Shown here one piece after another: positions 20,632 through 26,897 of a stretch of 35,699 nt of DNA. This stretch comes from Ferroacidibacillus organovorans. GTDB lineage: Bacteria; Bacillota; Bacilli; Alicyclobacillales; SLC66. The notes below the pieces were generated by a model. That model saw only the letters and a program-made list of their open reading frames with translations. It did no database searches and was not told the DNA's origin. Positions within the stretch are counted from its first letter, which is position 1; every line of letters starts with the position of its first letter. Location: the NCBI RefSeq assembly GCF_001642725.1, contig NZ_LSUQ01000008.1:62001-97699 (forward strand), in the 5' to 3' direction. Position numbers and translations under genes: made by a program.

Positions 20632-20865
20632 ATGAACTTATTCCCGCCTATATCCAAGGCATCCTGCCAACAAGTACATCAACAACCCGATGGCACAAAA
20701 AGAGTGACGCTGGGAGACAACAACGTCACCATCACCGTGACTTTCAACACGCCTTCACAGGATGCCATTGAGCGTTTCACACACACGCTTCATACCATTC
20801 TGATGCGCATGACTGACGAGGGGGAAACACCACCCGTCATTGACAAATCACCTCTCTCACCTTGA
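20632..20865 (+). CDS. Small hypothetical protein (77 aa)
   Basis: RBS GAGGAGGG upstream. Lies downstream of promoter copy E and converges on the arpU-like gene. Confidence 0.55.
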   Translation: MNLFPPISKASCQQVHQQPDGTKRVTLGDNNVTITVTFNTPSQDAIERFTHTLHTILMRMTDEGETPPVIDKSPLSP

Positions 20866-21321
20866 TGCAGTCCTTGTTTGCGAATCCTTCTCTTCCCAAA
20901 TGATCGCAAACTCACCACCTAGCGCCTCAAACAGCTTATGGATCACAACCACTCTCAGACGAAAAAAAGCCCGGCGTGACAAGTACATTGTTTCCCAAGC
21001 AATGGTGTTGTTTTTCTGTTCAAAATATTTCAACCGTACCAAGGCCATTTCTTCCTCCGTTAAGATAGATAGCGCATTTTCAATGAGTTCAATGTAAAAA
21101 AGCAGTGGCTGAATTTGCTGTTCTTCAATGATGAATCGCTTTTCTGTCGCATCATAGGTCGGATCGCTCACATCACCTTGCGAAAAAGACGGGATCGCCC
21201 TGAACGCAGAGCGCAGCCGTGGGTAGTCGTTCAATTGCGCGCGCAGGCTCTGCACACGACGCTTCCAGGATGGGTACACATACAGCCATCTTTCGATTTG
21301 CTGCATCCGAGGATCCGTCAT
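20857..21321 (-). CDS. ArpU/RinA-family phage-type transcriptional activator
   Basis: IERWLYVYP, SDPTYDAT, IENALSILTEEEMALVRLKYF and C-terminal sigma-region-4-like HTH (YLSRRAFFRLR...LFEALG). 154 aa. Confidence 0.85.
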   Translation of the reverse strand: MTDPRMQQIERWLYVYPSWKRRVQSLRAQLNDYPRLRSAFRAIPSFSQGDVSDPTYDATEKRFIIEEQQIQPLLFYIELIENALSILTEEEMALVRLKYFEQKNNTIAWETMYLSRRAFFRLRVVVIHKLFEALGGEFAIIWEEKDSQTRTASR

Positions 21322-21479
21322 TTCTCATCCGCCCACTTCGTCTGCCGCACGCGCCCTTTCACCTTGTGATACGCGTCGTGCCGCATCATGTTCTCGTACG
21401 CCTTCTGGCTCTGTGGGTATCGATGTGCAGGCTCAGTCGTGTTCCTCGTTTTCGTGGGCCGACCCTTCTCATCTCCCAA
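21318..21479 (-). CDS. Small basic hypothetical protein coupled to the arpU-like gene
   Basis: TTG start after GGAGG. Stop overlaps the arpU ATG (ATGA). YENMMRHDAYHKVKGRVRQ resembles small ORFs found before ArpU genes in Bacillota phages (from memory). Confidence 0.6.
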   Translation of the reverse strand: MGDEKGRPTKTRNTTEPAHRYPQSQKAYENMMRHDAYHKVKGRVRQTKWADEK

Positions 21480-21741
21480 GATCCGTCGCCTCCGTTTGCG
21501 TATATTTACTTTTGTAAACATTAACGAGATAAAAAAGTTCATCAAACGGCTTGTCCAACACGTGACAAAGCTGCATCGCAGCCTGAGGACTGGGATTGCG
21601 AAAGCCGCGCTCCAACTGGCTCACGTAGGCAATGCTGTAGTCGGCTGCTTGGGCAAGCTCACGCTGGGTAAAACCTTTCAAGATTCGTGCACGGGTGAAC
21701 GCTTCCGACTTGACACGGATTGGTCCTGACACCTTCGACAT
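21469..21741 (-). CDS. XRE/Cro-like HTH protein (possible excisionase/Cro)
   Basis: GFTQRELAQAADYSIAYVSQLERGFRNPSP...FDELF. Divergent from the repressor. ATG after GGGAGG. Confidence 0.85.
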   Translation of the reverse strand: MSKVSGPIRVKSEAFTRARILKGFTQRELAQAADYSIAYVSQLERGFRNPSPQAAMQLCHVLDKPFDELFYLVNVYKSKYTQTEATDLGR

Positions 21742-21765
21742 CGTGCCGCCTCCCATCTACACTTG

Positions 21766-21869
21766 TGTAAGGTCATCATAATCCGCATGATCTGGACCTG
21801 ACAACCGTATCTTTGATTACTTTTGATTACTTTTTCTCGTTGCGCATCTTGTTCATTGAATGGTATCAT
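21766..21869. promoter_or_regulatory. Divergent sigmaA promoters and operator region of the switch
   Basis: Minus: TTGTCA(21804-21799)-N18-TATGAT(21780-21775). Plus: TTGCGC(21840-45)-N18-TATCAT(21864-69) with TG. Tandem TTTGATTACT x2 (21812-21831). Imperfect IR TGTAAGGTCA/GGACCTGACA. Confidence 0.6.
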
Positions 21870-21902
21870 CGGCACAGGCTAAGGAGAGTAGGGTCGAAGT
21901 TT

Positions 21903-22493
21903 ATGGACGAGGCATTCGGCACTTGGTTGCGCAGGTTACGCAAGGAAAAAAAGATGAGTGTGCACGAGGTGGCGAAACGGGCAAATCTCACACCTGGGTA
22001 TATCTCAATGCTCGAAAACGGAAAGAGAAGACCCAAGGTCAGTACGCTGGCTCCTCTCTCCCAGGCGCTTGGCTTGGCTTATGGGGTTATGCTCCAAATG
22101 GCTGGTTATTTGGACGATCAGAACATGATTTTCGCCCATCGCCTACGGGCTGCTCGTATGGACAAAGAGATGAGTCCACACGACCTAGCAGAGCAATGTC
22201 ATCTGTCCGAGCGAACGATTGAACGCTGGGAGTCCGGCAACAGTCCACTGCCCGCCCGCGCTACCTTGGAACGCTTGGCCCGAGTGCTTGAGGTTTCAAT
22301 CGACCACCTCACGGGTGCACCAGACTTGCAGTCCATGGATCTTGGCGCATTGCTGAGCCAGGATCACATCTCCTACAACGGGATCCCTTTGAACGAAGAC
22401 CAACGAGCATTTGTACGTGATTTCATTCGCCGCACGCTTCAACTCTCCACGCCCTCCGTTGCCGATTTGCCTGAACCCGATGATTCGAATTGA
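21903..22493 (+). CDS. ImmR/CI-like repressor with two XRE HTH domains
   Basis: FGTWLRRLRKEKKMSVHEVAKR...ENGKRRP and FAHRLRAARMDKEMS...WESG...IDHLTG. C-terminal ISYNGIPLNEDQR typical of ImmA-cleaved repressors. Confidence 0.85.
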   Translation: MDEAFGTWLRRLRKEKKMSVHEVAKRANLTPGYISMLENGKRRPKVSTLAPLSQALGLAYGVMLQMAGYLDDQNMIFAHRLRAARMDKEMSPHDLAEQCHLSERTIERWESGNSPLPARATLERLARVLEVSIDHLTGAPDLQSMDLGALLSQDHISYNGIPLNEDQRAFVRDFIRRTLQLSTPSVADLPEPDDSN

Positions 22494-22840
22494 TCTATGG
22501 CGCCGCCCGTTTCCTTTAGTCGAGGATACAAAACATAACCGAGATGACGCAGGGTCTTCAAACACTTCGGAGCATTTGGATTATCCTCCAACGCCAAGCG
22601 AATTTTTCGGATGTAGACGTACAATTCGTCCCGTTGCACCATGCCCTGTTTTCCCCACGCGCGGTGAATCAACTCTTCCACAGTCAACGTCTCTCCCACA
22701 TGTAACGCGAAATAAACAAACAGGCGAAAAGCGATGGGCGTCAGGTATCGAATCTTCCCATCCTTCATAAGAACTGCGCCATTCAAGTCAAGATAACAAT
22801 CATCACCCAAATCTATCTGGCTATCCTCCAAGTTGCTCAT
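22439..22840 (-). CDS. Stand-alone OmpR/PhoB-type winged-helix DNA-binding protein (no receiver domain)
   Basis: LTPIAFRLF...LTVEELIHRAWG...LYVYIRKIRLALEDNPNAPKCLKTLRHLGYVL matches Trans_reg_C. Confidence 0.85.
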   Translation of the reverse strand: MSNLEDSQIDLGDDCYLDLNGAVLMKDGKIRYLTPIAFRLFVYFALHVGETLTVEELIHRAWGKQGMVQRDELYVYIRKIRLALEDNPNAPKCLKTLRHLGYVLYPRLKETGGAIDQFESSGSGKSATEGVES

Positions 22841-22910
22841 TTGCCATCCCCACTTTTTATGCAACCCTATCGAGGCGGGAAGGCGTGCACAGGGAGCGAG
22901 CCATTTTGAA

Positions 22911-23000
22911 ACGGCAACTGGCTGACAAAAGGCCGAAGTAAAAGACAGCCCGTAGTCCCTGTAGCTTTGCGTCCCCTACTTTCGCAGGGTTTGCCTTTTT
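22911..23000 (-). ncRNA. Cyclic di-GMP-I (GEMM-I) riboswitch
   Basis: Minus strand GGCAAACCCTGC-GAAA-GTAGGGGACGCAAAGCTACAGGGACTAC...TGTCAGCCAGTTGCC matches the GEMM-I consensus (GNRA-capped P2, GACGCAAAGC junction, CAGCCAGTTGCC 3' end). Lies about 70 nt upstream of the wHTH gene. Confidence 0.85.
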
Positions 23001-23030
23001 CGCGATACCTTGTAGTTGGTCATTCGTGTT

Positions 23031-24527
23031 TTACTCTTTACCGGATGGCTCCTCTGGAACACGCGCTCGAATGGACTGGGCAGGCCACGCAATCCTTCGC
23101 TCATTGTCCGAATAACGCGCGCAGACAGATTGACCACGTTCGATCAGTTCCTGAATCAGATCCTCACGTGCTTTCCAAGGCAATGGCGCAAGCTCTTCCC
23201 CAAACCATCCCACGCCACGGATGAAATGCTGTACCACGTTCTTTGCATCAGGGAACACCAGTTCAGATGACGACATGAACACCTCCACCTGTTCCAATCC
23301 GGCTTGTTTAAAATCTCGCGGTGCTTCATCAGGATGAAGTAAATAATCCCTTGGTTTCTCTTCCCGTTTTGCTGCCAAATCGAGGATCGGCGCGAACCAT
23401 TCTCGAAAGAAGGGTGCTGTGAAATCCATCTTCAAGGGATGCAAACTGGCGATGACACCGCCTGGACGCACCACCCGTTTCATTTCCTGTAGCGCCTCAG
23501 ATCGATTGGTAAAATGTAAGTACCCGACCCCAACCGCTATGTCGAACCGTTCCTCATCGACCGGCAACTGTTCCGCCTTTCCTTGACGAAAATCCACCCA
23601 GTCGATCTCCTGCCTTCTTTGCTTGCCTCGGGCGCGCGCAAGCATACCGGTCGACGGGTCCACCGCCACGACTGCGCCCGATGGACCCACGCGCTCCGCG
23701 AGACCAGCAGCGAATGTCAATACACCATCCGCACATCCCAGCTCCAGCACGCGCATACCTGCCTTTATACCCACCCATTCCAAAAAAGCCCGACGTTCGT
23801 CTATGGCGTTCGGCCAGACCATTCGATCCGTCTTGTCATAGTTGTTGAACAGATTGAACTGAGAGACGCAGAGTGTCTCCAGACGATACCGGAAATATCC
23901 AGCACGCTGTAAGGCATCCGTCGTTTTCTCTAGCACGCGACGCCCCTCATCCGTCAAACGGACAAAGCGATGTTCTCCCCGCTTCTCCAATTCGATATTC
24001 CCGAGTGAATAGGCGAACAAAACTTCCTCTCCCAGACTGTAATCCACCCAGGGTCGATGCCACGATCCACGCACATAATCGCGTTCGGGGATCTCCCCAA
24101 AATACCGAAGGGCGTTCAAGTTCTCCCAACAGGTCTCCAACATGTACAGTTGCATCAAAGTTGCAAATCCGTGGTCGTTGATAAAGTTCTCCACACGCTG
24201 CAACGCATCAAAGGCCATGGCTTCCGTGACATCCAGTTCACCCGTTTTCTGATGCGCTAAATTGACGGCCGCAGAAGCAGCCGTTTCGTATACTGCAATC
24301 TGTGCCATGCGCTCCGGCGCCGGTAAATCGCCAATTGCAAGGGCACGCTCTGCTTCCGTCCAATGGATGAACGCACACTCGCGGGAACGATCATGTAGGA
24401 ATTCGTGAATCTCCGGGTCGAATCGCGCGTTACCGTCAATTCCTGCAAGCCAAGGACTAATCACCAAACCTGCTGCCCAAAGTCTGTGCAAGGATTCTGT
24501 CAAGTCAGGGTAGATATACAAAGCCAT
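23031..24527 (-). CDS. Class I SAM-dependent methyltransferase (UbiE/Methyltransf_11-like) with about 230-aa N-terminal extension
   Basis: VLELGCADG motif I, VVAVDPSTGMLARAR, GKAEQLP...FD, EMKRVVRPGG. ATG 24527 after GGAGGGGG. Confidence 0.85.
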   Translation of the reverse strand: MALYIYPDLTESLHRLWAAGLVISPWLAGIDGNARFDPEIHEFLHDRSRECAFIHWTEAERALAIGDLPAPERMAQIAVYETAASAAVNLAHQKTGELDVTEAMAFDALQRVENFINDHGFATLMQLYMLETCWENLNALRYFGEIPERDYVRGSWHRPWVDYSLGEEVLFAYSLGNIELEKRGEHRFVRLTDEGRRVLEKTTDALQRAGYFRYRLETLCVSQFNLFNNYDKTDRMVWPNAIDERRAFLEWVGIKAGMRVLELGCADGVLTFAAGLAERVGPSGAVVAVDPSTGMLARARGKQRRQEIDWVDFRQGKAEQLPVDEERFDIAVGVGYLHFTNRSEALQEMKRVVRPGGVIASLHPLKMDFTAPFFREWFAPILDLAAKREEKPRDYLLHPDEAPRDFKQAGLEQVEVFMSSSELVFPDAKNVVQHFIRGVGWFGEELAPLPWKAREDLIQELIERGQSVCARYSDNERRIAWPAQSIRARVPEEPSGKE

Positions 24528-24913
24528 TCCCCCTCCGAGATTGTATAGTGAAGATTCCACACAATTCGCTAAATTCCTGTAACAAAGTGACATTTCATCA
24601 GACCCGGTTTGAGAAACCTGTGGTCTCAAACAGCTCTTTCGGGAATCCGTCTACTATGAAATGATGGTCCAATGAGTGAAACCTGTTTGTTATGTTTCGT
24701 GGATTTCCGAGGGGCGATGCGTGAAGTTTGGCGAACCTTAACGAATTTTAAGGTTCAAGCCGTTTCTCAAGTGCTATACTTTTTCTACCAGTTACCTTTT
24801 GGGGAATTGGCGAATGGCTCCATTCAAAAGAGAGAAGATTCATACAAACGGGTATTCAGTAGATACATAGGGCAGATCATAGAGATATCGCCTGACAAGA
24901 CAGCGAGTCAATC

Positions 24914-25339
24914 ATGGTTTGGGTGGGTGATGATGTGAGTGTACATATGCCAGAGGAAATCCATGGCGCCGTACAGCAACTCGTCGATACGTTTGAGACC
25001 AACGATCCGTTCCGTCTGAGTCGACTGCTGCACCTGCACCTATTGCCAGGTCGTACTCCAGCGGGAATATGGGGAATTCTGATGCGGTATGACAATGAAT
25101 CATTTTTTGGCTACGACATCAGTATTTCCGCTGACAAACAACGGATTTATATTGCACACGAGATTGGACATCTTGTGCTTCACGGTGACCATGCGCCACT
25201 TTTCCTAGAACTGGACGAACCCCGCCCCTCCGCTTTGGAAGCAGAGGCCCAGGCATTCGCCACTGATTTGCTTCAAGAGCCAGAACGAAGCCTCTTACAG
25301 TTGAACGAAAATTGGGTCTTGGGTCACTTAGGCCCCTGA
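24914..25339 (+). CDS. immA: ImmA/IrrE-family metallopeptidase (antirepressor); start may be 24947
   Basis: FETNDPFRL, QRIYIAHEIGHLVLH (HExxH), EAEAQAFATDLL. Confidence 0.85.
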   Translation: MVWVGDDVSVHMPEEIHGAVQQLVDTFETNDPFRLSRLLHLHLLPGRTPAGIWGILMRYDNESFFGYDISISADKQRIYIAHEIGHLVLHGDHAPLFLELDEPRPSALEAEAQAFATDLLQEPERSLLQLNENWVLGHLGP

Positions 25340-25615
25340 CCCCACTTTGTCTTCAAGAGCGCACTCTGCGTTGATTCCGTCCAACATCAGGTGCGCCACA
25401 AAGTTCGCAAAATCCCGAATTTCAGTTCCGCAGTTTTCGGCACACTGTGCCTCCCACTGAAGTAACAAGACGTGCTTGTCCTTGGATAAGGCGGCTTTCA
25501 ACTTTTCCCCCAACACATCCGGTTCTTCGCCGAGGCTAGCGTTTGATTGCAAATGCTCCTCATAGAAATCATCGATCAATTTCTCTGCCAACAGTTGCCG
25601 AGCCATTCCACACAT
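25328..25615 (-). CDS. Hypothetical acidic helical protein
   Basis: RBS GAGGAGG before ATG 25615. Possible TTGCTA-N18-TAAAGT promoter upstream. Confidence 0.55.
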   Translation of the reverse strand: MCGMARQLLAEKLIDDFYEEHLQSNASLGEEPDVLGEKLKAALSKDKHVLLLQWEAQCAENCGTEIRDFANFVAHLMLDGINAECALEDKVGSGA

Positions 25616-25689
25616 GCCCTTTTCCTCCTCACCCGCTTTGCTTGTCTGAGACTTTACCTCTGCGCTGTGCCACTTAGCAAGATCTTTGT

Positions 25690-25743
25690 GAGACACTTTT
25701 GGCACTCAGAGCGCACTTTTTCTCTGTTTTATCGAGATAAGAT
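25690..25743 (+). promoter_or_regulatory. Activator-box promoter copy C
   Basis: GAGACACTTT-TGGCAC-TCAGA-GCGCAC-N21-TAAGAT. Confidence 0.7.
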
Positions 25744-25764
25744 GCTATCACGGCATAAAAGGCG

Positions 25765-25796
25765 AGGCAGCGAGTTCAATCGCTGCTTTTTTGTTT
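25765..25796 (+). terminator. Terminator-like hairpin in leader of promoter C
   Basis: GCAGCGA-gttcaa-TCGCTGC followed by TTTTTTGTTT. Confidence 0.6.
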
Positions 25797-25821
25797 GCCG
25801 AAAAGGAGGTGAACTTCTTGA

Positions 25822-26103
25822 TTGCGAGACGCACCTGACGTGTATCGCTTCCTGCCGCCTGCATTCATCAAGCCTGCATTCCTGCAGGGCGTCCCGATTG
25901 AAGTCAATCCCGAGACATGGCTCGAAGGTACATTGAAGGCGAGTCAAATCCGTTTCACAATCCGTGACCGAGACACTTTTGGCACCCAGAGCGCACTTTT
26001 ATCCATGTTTTCAGGCGTACGATGCAAGCATGGATCAAAGGGACGAGGCAGCGACAACCAGTCGCCGCCTCGTTTTCGTTCCTATAAGGAGGCGTTCGCA
26101 TGA
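25822..26103 (+). CDS. Possible small hypothetical protein (93 aa)
   Basis: Strong RBS AAAGGAGGTGA at about 25802-25812. Stop overlaps the MTase ATG. However, the 3' half runs through promoter D and its hairpin. Confidence 0.4.
   Translation: MRDAPDVYRFLPPAFIKPAFLQGVPIEVNPETWLEGTLKASQIRFTIRDRDTFGTQSALLSMFSGVRCKHGSKGRGSDNQSPPRFRSYKEAFA
25970..26023 (+). promoter_or_regulatory. Activator-box promoter copy D (direct repeat of C, offset 280 bp)
   Basis: GAGACACTTT-TGGCAC-CCAGA-GCGCAC-N21-TACGAT. Confidence 0.7.
26043..26080 (+). terminator. Terminator-like hairpin in leader of promoter D
   Basis: ACGAGGCAGCGAC-aacca-GTCGCCGCCTCGT followed by TTTCGTT. Confidence 0.55.
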
Positions 26104-26897
26104 TTTCAAGTCCCATCAAGTGGCAAGGGGGAAAAGCCCGGCTGCGCCGAGTCATCCTCCCCCTCCTCCCCGAACACACCTGTTACGTGGAACCGTTCTT
26201 CGGGGCAGGCTGGATTTTCTTTGCCAAACCAAAGTCGAAGGTGGAGGTGATTTCTGACGTCAACGCCGAGCTCATTCAGTTCTATCAAGTCGTCAAGGAT
26301 GATTTGGAAGGGTTCCTTCGACAATTCGACTGGACGCTCTATTCGCGCGAGGAGTTTATCCGTGTCATGAACCGACGAAATGAAGAGCGCGATCCGCGTT
26401 TACGCGCCTACGACTTTTTCTATCGGGTACAGTCCCACTTTGGCGGAAAGTACAACAACTCGATTGATTGGGGATATGGCCGAGGCAAACCTGCCTTCGA
26501 CTTCTCTGCCATCCACGCCCGCATCGAAGCTGCGCACAAGCGGCTCTGTGGGGTCTACATTGAAAATCGTCCGTTTCATGATGTCATCCCTCGGTACGAC
26601 GGACCGGACACGTTCTACTATTGCGATCCGCCCTACTATGGCCTGACCGGATACCACCAACACCCGTTCACCAAGGAAGACCACCTCAAGTTGCGCGACA
26701 CGCTCGTAAATGCAGAAGGCAAATGGCTGCTCAGTATCAATGACCACCCAGACGTCCGCCGCTGGTACACCGACTTCTCCATGGAATCCGTGGATGTCCA
26801 CTATTCCATCAGTCGACAGAAGACCGGACGCAAATCCGGAGAACTGCTGATTCGCAACTACACACTATCTGAGCATCGCGAGGTGACCGTCCAATGA
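26100..26897 (+). CDS. Orphan DNA adenine methyltransferase (Dam/D12 class)
   Basis: KWQGGKA, YVEPFFGAG, EVISDVN, FYYCDPPYY, ELLIRNY. Confidence 0.92.
   Translation: MISSPIKWQGGKARLRRVILPLLPEHTCYVEPFFGAGWIFFAKPKSKVEVISDVNAELIQFYQVVKDDLEGFLRQFDWTLYSREEFIRVMNRRNEERDPRLRAYDFFYRVQSHFGGKYNNSIDWGYGRGKPAFDFSAIHARIEAAHKRLCGVYIENRPFHDVIPRYDGPDTFYYCDPPYYGLTGYHQHPFTKEDHLKLRDTLVNAEGKWLLSINDHPDVRRWYTDFSMESVDVHYSISRQKTGRKSGELLIRNYTLSEHREVTVQ

Noticed and set aside
20857..25339. Prophage, suggested by CI/Cro-like pair, ImmA and ArpU
   Set aside because: No terminase, capsid, tail, lysis or phage replication genes; flanks are pilus and conjugation genes.
25700..25996. Sigma-54 (-24/-12) promoters: TGGCAC...GC with GG-N10-GC spacing in copies C and D
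   Set aside because: Copies A and B have AC, not GC, at the -12 position. None has TTGC. All five have a TAnnnT hexamer at a fixed 21 bp, which fits activator plus sigmaA better.
25690..26080. CRISPR-like or att-site repeat
   Set aside because: Only two copies 280 bp apart, each with promoter geometry; no cas genes or integrase nearby.
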